In this document: piece by piece, positions 14,938 to 27,340 of the stretch
How positions within the stretch are numbered: position 1 is the first letter of the stretch
Layout: each line of letters begins with the position of its first letter
NCBI GenBank assembly: GCA_001822215.1
Contig: MHQD01000032.1
Span: 1 to 34,067, forward strand
Reading direction: 5' to 3'
Origin: Candidatus Sungbacteria bacterium RIFCSPHIGHO2_01_FULL_50_25
Lineage (GTDB): Bacteria; Patescibacteriota; Minisyncoccia; Sungbacterales; HO2-52-23
Length of the DNA stretch: 34,067 nt
Notes under the pieces: model-generated
The model's database searches: none
The model's input: the letters and a program-made list of their open reading frames with translations, nothing else
What the model was told of the DNA's origin: nothing
Position numbers and translations under genes: made by a program

Positions 14938-15050
14938 TCCCGTTAGAAGCTACGGCCGCTTTGCACAAAACAAATTACAAAAATTTTATTATTTTAATTA
15001 ATAACTGGCAGTATCAAAGTCAAGTAGACCGCGACCTGCTTCTAACGGGA
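14938..15050. mobile_element. MITE-like inverted-repeat element, copy C (113 bp) between rpsF and ssb
   Basis: Perfect 13-bp termini TCCCGTTAGAAGC (14938-14950) and GCTTCTAACGGGA (15038-15050). It has an AT-rich core. It is flanked by direct repeats TGAA (14934-14937 and 15051-15054). Read more broadly, ATGAAT(C) occurs on both sides. Confidence 0.65.
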
Positions 15051-15505
15051 TGAATCTCAACAAAGCATTCATTATGGGGAATCTCACGCGCGACCCGGAG
15101 CTCCGACAGACTCCTTCGGGACAAGCCGTCTGCTCATTCGGAGTTGCAACAAACCGCTTTTATACCGATCAATCAGGGCAAAAACAAAAACAGGCAGAAT
15201 TCCATAACGTAGTCGCGTGGGGAAAACAGGCGGAGATTGTAAACCAATATCTGAAAAAAGGTAGCTTGATCTTTGTCGAGGGCCGCATTCAGACGCGAAA
15301 TTGGCAGGATCCGCAAGGCACGAAGCACTACCGGACCGAGGTGATTGCAGAACGCGTTCAGCTGGGCCCGCGGCTTGGCGGCGGGATCCCGGCGCAGCAG
15401 CAAGAACCAGCGCCGCGGTCAGAGGCGACAAAAGAGGACGAGACCCCGATTATCGAGCTTCCGACTGAAGACGACGGAATTGATGTGAAGGATATACCTT
15501 TTTAA
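15050..15505 (+). CDS. ssb: single-stranded DNA-binding protein
   Basis: OB-fold N-terminus MNLNKAFIMGNLTRDPELRQTPSG, a Gly/Pro/Gln-rich linker, and the acidic C-terminal tip DGIDVKDIPF. Confidence 0.92.
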   Translation: MNLNKAFIMGNLTRDPELRQTPSGQAVCSFGVATNRFYTDQSGQKQKQAEFHNVVAWGKQAEIVNQYLKKGSLIFVEGRIQTRNWQDPQGTKHYRTEVIAERVQLGPRLGGGIPAQQQEPAPRSEATKEDETPIIELPTEDDGIDVKDIPF

Positions 15506-15526
15506 CGATGTATAATTTCTAACGGG

Positions 15527-15739
15527 ATGAAAGAGCAAATAAAAAAACAGTGCTATTTTTGCACGACAAACCGCCCGATCGACTATAAGGACGCTGATCT
15601 CTTAAAGCGCTTTATGTCAGCGGGAGCAAAAATCTATTCGCGCAGGAAATCTTTCCTCTGCGCATACCACCAGCGGGAATTCTCGCAAGCCGTAAAACGA
15701 GCGCGCTATCTAGCGCTCGTACCATACACGTCGAGGTAG
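15527..15739 (+). CDS. rpsR: 30S ribosomal protein S18 (bS18)
   Basis: 70 aa. CYFC...IDYKDADLLKRFMS...KIYSRRKS..C...QREFSQAVKRARYLALVPY is S18-like. It sits in the conserved rpsF-ssb-rpsR arrangement. Confidence 0.9.
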   Translation: MKEQIKKQCYFCTTNRPIDYKDADLLKRFMSAGAKIYSRRKSFLCAYHQREFSQAVKRARYLALVPYTSR

Positions 15740-15775
15740 GGATTAGATTATGGGGGGTTAAGGAATAGTGACTCC

Positions 15776-15800
15776 AAAAGCTCATATGCGTGAGCTTTTT
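15776..15800 (+). terminator. intrinsic terminator of the rpsF-ssb-rpsR operon
   Basis: AAAAGCTCA-tatgcg-TGAGCTTTT followed by T, which is a 9-bp stem plus a T-run. Confidence 0.7.
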
Positions 15801-15909
15801 AAATCTAGGAAATTCGCATTTGACTTTCTTTTATAAAGGGAATGATATTTTTGAGACAATAGAACTACTGATTATTTTTTCCCTTCACGTAGATAAAGGG
15901 TGAGGTAAT

Positions 15910-16167
15910 CTTTTCGAAACTATGCGGAGACCAAGCGGGCATGTTCCTTATTTCCCATCCTGCTCTCCCACGATAAAGACAGGCAGAGATGCTTCTGCGA
16001 CATTTTGTAGAGCACGCGAGGAAAGCTACTTTTGAAAACATGCGAGACCGAGCGGCCACGGTGTCCCGAGCTTGTCGAGGGACGAGCGAGGTCGAGCTCT
16101 GATGAACAAAATCTCGGTGGGATTTTGTGAAGTTTTTCAAAAGCTGTTTCCGAGCGAGCCGTGTCTC
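15910..16167. repeat. three imperfect ~36-bp direct repeats in a noncoding tract
   Basis: R1 is 15910-15947 (cttttcgaaactatgcggagaccaagcgggcatgttcc). R2 is 16029-16066 (cttttgaaaacatgcgagaccgagcggccacggtgtcc). R3 is 16133-16167 (tttttcaaaagctgtttccgagcgagccgtgtctc). Spacing is 119 and 104 bp. Confidence 0.4.
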
Positions 16168-16185
16168 AAAAGCATTACCGACTGC

Positions 16186-17196
16186 TCATTTTCCCGCCTC
16201 CTCTGCCTTTATCGCCTCCTTTATCTTTTTCATTATCTCATCCCTCGCCTTCGGATTCTCCTTCAAGTAGCTTTTCGCATTATCAAATCCCTGCCCGAGC
16301 TTCACGGAACCGTATGAAAGGCTTGCCCCTGATTTTTTTATGACGTCATATTTCATCCCGAGATTTAACACATCGGCATCATACGAAATTCCTTCGTTAT
16401 AGAAAATGTCGAATTCCGCTGTCTTAAACGGCGCGGCAACCTTGTTTTTCACGACTTTCGCTTTGTGGCGGTTCCCGACGATCTCCTCTCCTTTTTTTAT
16501 CTGGGCGGAGCGCCGCAAATCGATCCGCACCGAAGAATAAAATTTGAGCGCTTTTCCACCGGGCGTTGTCTCGGGGTTCCCCCACACAACGCCAATCTGC
16601 ATCCGAATCTGATTGATGAAAATAATGGCGGTTTTTGACTTCGCGCCGATCGCGGTGAGCTTTCGTAATGCGTGAGACATAAGGCGGGCTTGCAACCCCA
16701 TGTGCTGCTGGCCCATCTCGCCCTCGATCTCCGCCCTGGGGGTGAGCGCCGCGACAGAATCAACGACTATGATGTCTATGGCATTCGACCGGACAAGCGA
16801 CTCCACGATTTCGAGCGCCTGCTCGCCCGTATCGGGCTGGGAAATCAAAAGGTCGTTTATTTTTACGCCGATCCGCTTTGCGTATTCCGGATCAAGCGCA
16901 TGTTCCGCATCGACAAACGCCGCAAGCCCTCCGCGCTTTTGCGCTTCTTTCACGATATGGAGGGCAAGCGTCGTCTTTCCAGACGACTCCGGCCCGAATA
17001 TCTCGACGATGCGGCCCCGAGGTATACCGCCCACGCCCAAGGCGGCGTCCAGAGCAAACGATCCCGTCGGAATAACGTCCACATCAACTTTCGGCGCGTC
17101 CCCGAGCTTCATGATAGCGCCTTCGCCGTATTTATTCTGAATTTCCTTAACCGCCGCCTCAACGAGCTTCACTTTATCAAGTTTATCTTCTTTCAT
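16186..17196 (-). CDS. recA: recombinase RecA
   Basis: 336 aa with Walker A (GPESSGKTT) and [10 protein letters not shown]. It is RecA-like along its whole length. Confidence 0.97.
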   Translation of the reverse strand: MKEDKLDKVKLVEAAVKEIQNKYGEGAIMKLGDAPKVDVDVIPTGSFALDAALGVGGIPRGRIVEIFGPESSGKTTLALHIVKEAQKRGGLAAFVDAEHALDPEYAKRIGVKINDLLISQPDTGEQALEIVESLVRSNAIDIIVVDSVAALTPRAEIEGEMGQQHMGLQARLMSHALRKLTAIGAKSKTAIIFINQIRMQIGVVWGNPETTPGGKALKFYSSVRIDLRRSAQIKKGEEIVGNRHKAKVVKNKVAAPFKTAEFDIFYNEGISYDADVLNLGMKYDVIKKSGASLSYGSVKLGQGFDNAKSYLKENPKARDEIMKKIKEAIKAEEAGK

Positions 17197-17220
17197 TGAA
17201 ATGGCCCTAATGAATAATGA

Positions 17221-17883
17221 TTACTCGACAAGAACATACCTCACGTCGCGCGCAACCTTCCCGAATCGGTTGGTCGCGACAAATTCAAGCGTATTTCGAT
17301 TCGGGCGAAGCTCAATCGCGTCGGAAAAATTGCCCTCGCTATCAATCGTAATTTCGCGGCCGTTTACTGTCAAACTCGATTCCCGCTCAACGCTTCCCTT
17401 TACCTCAAGAAGCCGCCCGGAAAAACGCAAAGACCTCTCCGATGGATATTCGATGGTGAACGGCGGACGGCGGACGAACACCGCCACCCGGAATCCGATG
17501 TATATGAAAAGCCCAAGAAGGATGATGCTCGCAAGAATAACCCAGAAACGCCTCGGCGTCACAAACGGCTGCGCGCCCCTATTCTCGGGAAGCGGCGTAA
17601 GCTCCCTCTTTACATGAAAGTAGCGGACATCCCATTCAGTGGAAAACTCATTCAGCATCCCTTCGATATCCTCACAGGAAAGAAGTGCTGCGTACTTTTT
17701 TAAGACGCCGGCCGCATACACTTTGGCCGGAAAATGGTCGTACGTGTCAGCTTCGAGCGCTTCCAGAGTAGCCACCGGCACATGGAGTAAAGCAGACACT
17801 TTTTCAAGCGTCAATTGCGCGCGCCCGCGCTCTTCCCTGAGTTTTCTTCCAACCGATATCGCATCCCGTTGATCAGTTTGCAT
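17221..17883 (-). CDS. RodZ-like helix-turn-helix membrane protein
   Basis: N-terminal XRE/HTH_25-like region (VGRKLREERGRAQLTLEKVSALLHVPVATLEALE...VYAAGVLKKYAALL), a single TM (FWVILASIILLGLFIYIGF) and a beta-rich C-terminal domain. Confidence 0.7.
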   Translation of the reverse strand: MQTDQRDAISVGRKLREERGRAQLTLEKVSALLHVPVATLEALEADTYDHFPAKVYAAGVLKKYAALLSCEDIEGMLNEFSTEWDVRYFHVKRELTPLPENRGAQPFVTPRRFWVILASIILLGLFIYIGFRVAVFVRRPPFTIEYPSERSLRFSGRLLEVKGSVERESSLTVNGREITIDSEGNFSDAIELRPNRNTLEFVATNRFGKVARDVRYVLVE

Positions 17884-17892
17884 AAGAAAAAA

Positions 17893-20085
17893 TTATATTT
17901 GGCCCGCATCCTCCTCGTCTTCAAAACCCGCCGGCGGGGCGACTGATTTCGCAAAAACCTCGCGCGGTTTTGCGCCGTCAGCCGGGCCGATGATGCCGCG
18001 CGCCTCCAAAAGATCGAGAAGCCGCGCCGCGCGCGCATACCCGACGCGGAGGCGCCTTTGCAAATACGAAGCTGAGAGCTTCCCGGCGGCAATCGCAAGT
18101 TTCTCCGCTTCACCAAGAAGAAGGTCATCATCTCCGACGTCGCCGTCAAACCCTGCGGACACCTCTTCGGTTTTTGCGTCAAAGATCGCCTCTTCATACG
18201 TAGGCGCCTCAAGTTCCTGGCGCAGGAAATCAACAACGCGCTTCACCTCGTGTTCCGAGATAAAACCGCCCTGGATACGCCTCGGTTTTGCGGTGTCCCC
18301 GGACATGAACAGAAGGTCTCCGTTTCCGAGAAGCGTTTCCGCACCAGCCATATCAAGAATCGTCCTCGAATCAACCTGTGAGGCAACCTGAAGGGCAATA
18401 CGGGACGTAATATTTGCCTTGATAAGGCCGGTAATCACTTCAACAGACGGGCGCTGGGTGGATACGATCAAATGGATTCCTACCGCGCGCGCCATCTGCG
18501 CGAGCCGTACAATCGCGGCCTCCATTTCCCGAGGGTAGATCGCCATCAAATCCGCGAGTTCATCAATGAGGATTACGATATAGGGAAGCGTTTCTTCCTC
18601 TTCGCTTTTTCCGAGCGATGAGTTATACCCCACCACATCCCGCGATCCCATCCGCGAAAGAAGATCATAGCGCCTGTCCATCTCGCGCGCCGCCCAGCGA
18701 AGCGCCTGGATCGCCTTTTTCGGGTCTGTGATGACAGGAGTGAGAAGATGCGGAATATCATTATACGCGGGCAATTCAACGCGTTTCGGATCAATCAGAA
18801 CGAACCGGAGAAAATCAGGGGCGTTGCGGTAGAGAAGCGATACGATGATCGAATGAATCGTGACCGATTTTCCAGAGCCCGTTGCTCCGCTTATGAGCAA
18901 ATGTGGCATCTTTGAAAGATCGGCGTATACCGGAGAGCCGGTCACGTCGCGGCCGACCGCAAAAAGAAGTGGTTGCAACGCGCGGTCGAACGCGTCTGTG
19001 CCCAAAAGCGCGCGAAGTCCGACAAGCGCGATTGACCTATTTGGCACTTCGATCCCGACAAGCGATTTCCCCGGAATCGGCGCCTCAATCCGGATCGGAT
19101 GCGCGGCAAGCGCAAGCGAAAGGTCCGACCGAAGCGCGACTATCCTCGAAAGCTTTACCCCTTCTGCGGGCTTTAGCGTGTATTGGGTCACGGTCGGGCC
19201 GACTGATACCTCTGCCATTTCGACTTCAACACCGAAATTTTCAAGCGTACGTTTGATGATATTGGCATTTGCCCGGATGTCGCCCGAAGACGGCTTTCCT
19301 TTATCCTCCTGCAGCAATTCAAGTGGCGGCTTTTTGTACGCCGCAATCTTTCGAGCGATTTTCCGAAGCGCGATCACAGATCCGTTCAAATCGTCTACCT
19401 TCGTCGCTGTGGAGGGCTCACTTTCCGTAAAAGCCCCTCCGGCGGCGATTTTTGCGCTTTCTCCCGCCTCGCGAGCCTTCTGGACAGCTCCCTGTATCGT
19501 TGAATTGATGCTTCCAATAACCGACTGGGTGAGGGAAAGATCAGACCCATTGCCTCCTTTTTCTGTATCCTCCGACGCTTGAGAAAATCTTTGCCAAAAC
19601 GGAATATTCAAAAGAAGCAAAAAAGCGATGATCCACACGCCAAACGTGATGATAAACCCTCCCCAAAAATCAAAGAGCCGTAAAAGCGGGCTTGAAACAA
19701 GCGTGCCCAATGCACCGCCGGTCCCGACGCCGAGAAAAATATCGAGAAGCGCAAGACTCGTTATTAAAAAAAGCACTCCGCCGAGGATCGAAATCTTGAG
19801 CACCCGTGTCCGCTCGGAAAAGAGGAACGAAAACCCGAGCACGACTAAAACAACTGGAGCGAAAAAATACCCGCTCCCCAAAAGGAACGCAAGTCCGAGA
19901 TAGAGATAGGATCCGAGCGCTCCGCTCTTCCCGATATAGCTCAACACAAAAAGCGCGGCGAGAATAAAAACGCCGATTGCGGAAATAACACGCTTGATAT
20001 CCGGGTGAACGTCAAACCAGGAACCCTCGGCCTCGCCTTCACGCTTCGTCTCCCTCTTCCCGTTTTTACTGATTTTGCGCGCCAT
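17893..20085 (-). CDS. ftsK: DNA translocase FtsK/SpoIIIE
   Basis: An N-terminal multi-TM region, Walker A (GATGSGKS), the motor domain, and a C-terminal winged-helix gamma domain (LQRRLRVGYARAARLLDLLE). The ATG at 20085 is preferred, because the track TTG start at 20127 lies inside the rpoC terminator T-run. Confidence 0.92.
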   Translation of the reverse strand: MARKISKNGKRETKREGEAEGSWFDVHPDIKRVISAIGVFILAALFVLSYIGKSGALGSYLYLGLAFLLGSGYFFAPVVLVVLGFSFLFSERTRVLKISILGGVLFLITSLALLDIFLGVGTGGALGTLVSSPLLRLFDFWGGFIITFGVWIIAFLLLLNIPFWQRFSQASEDTEKGGNGSDLSLTQSVIGSINSTIQGAVQKAREAGESAKIAAGGAFTESEPSTATKVDDLNGSVIALRKIARKIAAYKKPPLELLQEDKGKPSSGDIRANANIIKRTLENFGVEVEMAEVSVGPTVTQYTLKPAEGVKLSRIVALRSDLSLALAAHPIRIEAPIPGKSLVGIEVPNRSIALVGLRALLGTDAFDRALQPLLFAVGRDVTGSPVYADLSKMPHLLISGATGSGKSVTIHSIIVSLLYRNAPDFLRFVLIDPKRVELPAYNDIPHLLTPVITDPKKAIQALRWAAREMDRRYDLLSRMGSRDVVGYNSSLGKSEEEETLPYIVILIDELADLMAIYPREMEAAIVRLAQMARAVGIHLIVSTQRPSVEVITGLIKANITSRIALQVASQVDSRTILDMAGAETLLGNGDLLFMSGDTAKPRRIQGGFISEHEVKRVVDFLRQELEAPTYEEAIFDAKTEEVSAGFDGDVGDDDLLLGEAEKLAIAAGKLSASYLQRRLRVGYARAARLLDLLEARGIIGPADGAKPREVFAKSVAPPAGFEDEEDAGQI

Positions 20086-20123
20086 ATATGTAATTATAAT
20101 AGTAACATTTTCTCGAAAATACA

Positions 20124-20150
20124 ACAAAAAAACAGCACCGGCACGGTGCT
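20124..20150 (-). terminator. intrinsic terminator after rpoC
   Basis: On the minus strand: AGCACCG-TGC-CGGTGCT followed by GTTTTTTTGTTG. Confidence 0.7.
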
Positions 20151-20178
20151 ATTTTCAAGCCAAATGACCCGCTATACC

Positions 20179-23100
20179 CTATGGTATTTTTCGATACCCT
20201 GTTCCCGCAGGGATGAGACGGCCGATAATGACATTTTCTTTAAGACCCCGGAGATCGTCCGTTTTTCCGCGAACCGCCGCGTCAACCAAGACGCGAGTCG
20301 TTTCCTGGAAAGAAGCCGCGGACAAGAAGCTCGAGGTCGAAAGCGCAACCCGGGTAATCCCTAAGAGAAGCTGGGTCGCTTTCGCCGGCCGCTTCCCTTT
20401 GCGGACCGCCGCAATATTTACCGTTCGGAAATCGCGCTTTTCAACGACCTCACCCGGAGTAAAATCGGTATCGCCCCCGTCCTTGATGCGAATCCGGGAA
20501 AACATCTGTCTCACGATGACTTCAACGTGCTTGTCATGAATCGGCGCGCCCTGCATGGAATAAATTTTTTGGATTTCTTTGATAACGTAGCGTTCAACCG
20601 CCTCCTTCCCCGCGTATTTGAAAAGCTCTTTCAAATCCGCGTGCCCCTCCGAAAGAATATCCCCGCGCTTCACCTTTGAACCGACCGCGACAAACATGCC
20701 TGTCGAGGGAGGAATACGAAATTCCTTTATTTCGTCTTGGGCGGAATTTTTCTTTTTTCCTTTTTTCAGCGGCGCGCCCTCATCGGAATACTCAACCGCG
20801 ATTCGAACAATTTTCTCGCGGCCCGCATCTGCAATCTCAATGACTTCTCCCGACACATCCGCAAGAATCGCCCTGCCTTTCGGGGGCCGCACTTCAAACA
20901 CCTCCTCAACCCGAGGAAGACCGGTTGTAATGTCCCCGCCTCCGGCAACGCCTCCGATATGAAATGTGCGCATGGTAAGCTGGGTGCCGGGCTCGCCGAT
21001 TGCTTGCGCCGCGACGATGCCGACCGCCTCTCCGAACCGAATCGGCGAGTTATTCCCCAAGTCGTATCCGTAACAAGATTGGCAAATCCCGACAATGCTT
21101 CGGCACGTAATGGGCGAACGCACCACAACGCTTTCAATCTTTTTTTCGTCGAACATCTTTCCTTTTTCCTGATCAATATAGCTTCCTGCGGACATAAGCA
21201 TTTTTCCGCTCTCCGGGTCTTTCACTGCTTCAAAAAGCATCCGGCCGAATGCGCGCGCACCCAAGGGCTTATTGATTTCTTCCGAATCCGATCGAAAAAT
21301 TTCCAGACCCTGCTTCGGTTTGCAGTCTCTTTCGGAAACGATCAAGTCCTGCGCAACATCGACAAGCCGACGCGTCAGATACCCGGCGGCAGACGTTTTC
21401 AGCGCGGTGTCCGCGGTCCCTTTTCGCGCGCCGTGCGTCGAAATGAAATATTCAAGCACGTTCAACCCTTCTTTGTAGGATGAAATAACGGGAAGCTCGA
21501 TAATCTTTCCTGCCGGGTTCACCACGAGTCCTTTCATGCCGGACATTTGCCGAATCTGAATCCACGAGCCGCGCGCTTTCCCGTCAACCATGGAAAAAAT
21601 CGGGCCGACCGGATCGAGTGCCCCCGGAACAAGCTTTGTCAATTGATCAACAACCCGCTTCCATATTTCAAGAACGCGATCGTAGCGCTCTTTTTCGGTC
21701 AGGAGCCCGCGGCGAAACTGCTCGATGACAAGAACCTCTTCTTTTTCAGCCGCTTTAATAATTTCTTTTTTCTCCGGGGGAATACGCAAATCATCCATTC
21801 CCCATGAAATGCCGGATTTCGTCGCATAGGTAAAACCGAATTTCTTGATATTGTCGAGAATCGGCGGAGTCCCCTCAACACCGTGAACCTTAATAAGATG
21901 CGCGACAATATCCCCCAGGTCTCTCTTTTTCACTTGCTTATTTACGTACAGAATTTCTTTGGGAAGAGCGCGGTTAAACAAGATTCTGCCGACCGATGTT
22001 TCAACAATCTCCGTGTCTTTCTCATCAGGCGCGACAACGACTCCCGTGATTCGTTCCTTTTGCATGCGGACCATTATCTTCGCCTGAAGGTCAACCGCTC
22101 CGGAATCATGGGCGAATATCGCCTCGTCCTCTGAACCGAAAAATTTCCCGTGGCCGAGAAGTCCATCGTGCACTGACGTTGCCCAATAGCATCCGAGAAC
22201 AATGTCCTGGGTCGGATCAACGATCGGATCTCCGGTCGCGGGCTTCAGAAGATTGCGCGTCGAAAGCATAATATCCCGGGCCTCGGCCTGCGCTTCATCC
22301 GTAAGCGGCAAGTGGACAGCCATCTGGTCACCGTCAAAATCAGCGTTAAACGCGGGACACACCAACGGATGCACCTGAATCGCGTCCCCTTCTATCAGGA
22401 TCGGCTGAAACGCCTGTATGCCAAGCCGGTGGAGCGTGGGGGCTCGATTCAAAAGAACATAACGGCCTTCGATGACCTCTTCAAGCGCCTCCCACACGAA
22501 CGGGTCATGATCTTCAATGAGGCGGCCCGCGCCGCGAACGTTATGGGCGATCTCTTTTTCGATGAGCTTTCGTATGACAAACGGCTTGAAAAGCTCGAGC
22601 GCCATTTTTTTCGGAATCCCGCACTGGTGAAGATGAAGATCGGGACCCACGACAATAACAGAGCGTCCGGAATAATCAACGCGCTTCCCAAGAAGATTCT
22701 GGCGAAATCGGCCCTGTTTGCCCTTGATGATATCGGCAAGGGATTTCAACGGACGGCGCTGGACTTGCGATGCGACCGGGGAGGCTGTTCCGCGCCTGAT
22801 CGAATTATCGATAAGCGCGTCAACCGCTTCCTGGAGCATGCGTTTTTCATTTCGCGTAATGACTTCGGGCGCGTTCAATTCGTGGAGCCGCTTCAGACGA
22901 TTATTGCGATTGATTACGCGCCGGTATAAATCATTCAGGTCTGAAGTCGCATACCTGCCGCCGTCAAGCTGCACCATCGGGCGAAGATCCGGAGGAATAA
23001 TCGGGATCATGGTTAAAAACATCCATTCAGGGCGGATACCCGACCGAATCATCCCCTTGATCACCTGGAGCCGGCGAAGGGTCTTTCGCTGGACCATGGG

Positions 23101-23823
23101 CGACTGCTTCGGCAAATCCTCTTCAAGCTCCTTTTGGAGCGTAGGCAGATGAATGCCCTCAAGAATTTTTCTGATTGACTCCGCGCCGATTGAGGCCTCA
23201 AATACTTCTCCGAACTTTCTCGAAAGGCGGTGATACTCAACCTCCGAGAGCACCTCGTGAAGCTGGATGTTTTTGAGGTCGTCTTTTGCCTTTTCCTTCG
23301 CATCGCGGATGTCCGATGTCTCCTCTTTCTCAAGCTTTTTCGTCTTTGTTTTATACTCGCGCTCAATCTCTTCAAGAATGCGCTTCCGCGCATCTTCATC
23401 GACTTTCGTGATGATGTATCCCGCAAAATAGATCACCTTCTCAAGCGCGCTCACGGAAATATCAAGCAACAGCCCGACTTTTGAAGGAATACCCCTCAAA
23501 AACCAGACATGAGAAACCGGCGTCGCAAGTTTTATATGCCCCATGCGCTCCCGGCGCACGATTGCGCGCGTCACTTCGACTCCGCACTTGTCACACACGA
23601 TTCCCTTGTAGCGGATCCGGCGATACTTCCCGCAATAGCATTCCCAATCCTTGACCGGACCGAATATCCGCTCGTCGAAAAGGCCGTCCCGCTCTGGCTT
23701 TGCGGTCCGGTAGTTGATTGTCTCGGGCTTTGTCACCTCGCCGAATGACCACGTCAAAATATCCTCCGGCGAAGCGAGACGGAGCGAAATTGCTTTAAAA
23801 TCGCGAAATGATGTTTCCTGCAT
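20179..23823 (-). CDS. rpoC: DNA-directed RNA polymerase subunit beta'
   Basis: 1214 aa with the zinc-binding CYCGKY...CDKCGVEV and the catalytic NADFDGDQM. Confidence 0.97.
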   Translation of the reverse strand: MQETSFRDFKAISLRLASPEDILTWSFGEVTKPETINYRTAKPERDGLFDERIFGPVKDWECYCGKYRRIRYKGIVCDKCGVEVTRAIVRRERMGHIKLATPVSHVWFLRGIPSKVGLLLDISVSALEKVIYFAGYIITKVDEDARKRILEEIEREYKTKTKKLEKEETSDIRDAKEKAKDDLKNIQLHEVLSEVEYHRLSRKFGEVFEASIGAESIRKILEGIHLPTLQKELEEDLPKQSPMVQRKTLRRLQVIKGMIRSGIRPEWMFLTMIPIIPPDLRPMVQLDGGRYATSDLNDLYRRVINRNNRLKRLHELNAPEVITRNEKRMLQEAVDALIDNSIRRGTASPVASQVQRRPLKSLADIIKGKQGRFRQNLLGKRVDYSGRSVIVVGPDLHLHQCGIPKKMALELFKPFVIRKLIEKEIAHNVRGAGRLIEDHDPFVWEALEEVIEGRYVLLNRAPTLHRLGIQAFQPILIEGDAIQVHPLVCPAFNADFDGDQMAVHLPLTDEAQAEARDIMLSTRNLLKPATGDPIVDPTQDIVLGCYWATSVHDGLLGHGKFFGSEDEAIFAHDSGAVDLQAKIMVRMQKERITGVVVAPDEKDTEIVETSVGRILFNRALPKEILYVNKQVKKRDLGDIVAHLIKVHGVEGTPPILDNIKKFGFTYATKSGISWGMDDLRIPPEKKEIIKAAEKEEVLVIEQFRRGLLTEKERYDRVLEIWKRVVDQLTKLVPGALDPVGPIFSMVDGKARGSWIQIRQMSGMKGLVVNPAGKIIELPVISSYKEGLNVLEYFISTHGARKGTADTALKTSAAGYLTRRLVDVAQDLIVSERDCKPKQGLEIFRSDSEEINKPLGARAFGRMLFEAVKDPESGKMLMSAGSYIDQEKGKMFDEKKIESVVVRSPITCRSIVGICQSCYGYDLGNNSPIRFGEAVGIVAAQAIGEPGTQLTMRTFHIGGVAGGGDITTGLPRVEEVFEVRPPKGRAILADVSGEVIEIADAGREKIVRIAVEYSDEGAPLKKGKKKNSAQDEIKEFRIPPSTGMFVAVGSKVKRGDILSEGHADLKELFKYAGKEAVERYVIKEIQKIYSMQGAPIHDKHVEVIVRQMFSRIRIKDGGDTDFTPGEVVEKRDFRTVNIAAVRKGKRPAKATQLLLGITRVALSTSSFLSAASFQETTRVLVDAAVRGKTDDLRGLKENVIIGRLIPAGTGYRKIP

Positions 23824-23833
23824 AACGGATGTT

Positions 23834-27067
<3,234 letters not shown>

Positions 27068-27267
27068 AAAATGGTTACAAATGAGTTATGTAAAGAAAGA
27101 GTATGGAAATCCTAAAATCAAAAAAATAAACACGCCCTAAAATAACCTCCTCAATTAGGGATGCTCAATCAAATTTGCGATAACTAACTATAGTCGCAAA
27201 TAGTGGTAGAAATTATTTTGATGTAATCAGCCGAAACACCCGTTACCTCCCCATTCAGTATTGTTTC

Positions 27268-27296
27268 AAGTATACGCGCATACGAAAAAATAGTCA
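27268..27296 (-). promoter_or_regulatory. near-consensus sigma70 promoter for rpoBC (about 195-nt leader)
   Basis: On the minus strand: TTGACT (27296-27291), a 17-bp spacer, then TATACT (27273-27268). Confidence 0.5.
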
Positions 27297-27311
27297 AGTG
27301 CTCACGCGCAC

Positions 27312-27340
27312 TTGCCTTAAAAGCTCATATCTGCTATGAT
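27312..27340 (+). promoter_or_regulatory. sigma70-like promoter for the 27353 gene
   Basis: TTGCCT (27312-27317), a 17-bp spacer, then TATGAT (27335-27340). The -10 ends 12 nt before the ATG. Confidence 0.45.

Noticed and set aside
16016-16030. GAGGAAAG as the RNase P RNA CR-I motif
   Set aside because: The conserved continuation (GAGGAAAGUCCGGGC) is absent, as the sequence here is GAGGAAAGCTAC. No ACAGAACCCGGCUUA-like CR-V partner lies nearby. The CCGGCTTA at 1850-1857 sits in AT-rich unstructured DNA 14 kb away.
15865-16140. 91-aa minus-strand ORF downstream of recA (possible recX)
   Set aside because: The translation is Arg/Ser/Cys-rich with no helical RecX-like repeats, there is no SD or plausible start context, and it spans the imperfect DNA repeats.
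15910-16167. Three spaced repeats as a CRISPR array
   Set aside because: The repeats are only about 75% identical with indels, the spacing is irregular (119 and 104 bp), there are only three units, and there are no cas genes.
23824-23833. CATCCGTTATG before rpoC as another element terminus
   Set aside because: Only CCGTTA is shared (6 nt), with no partner repeat and no flanking duplication. This is best treated as chance.
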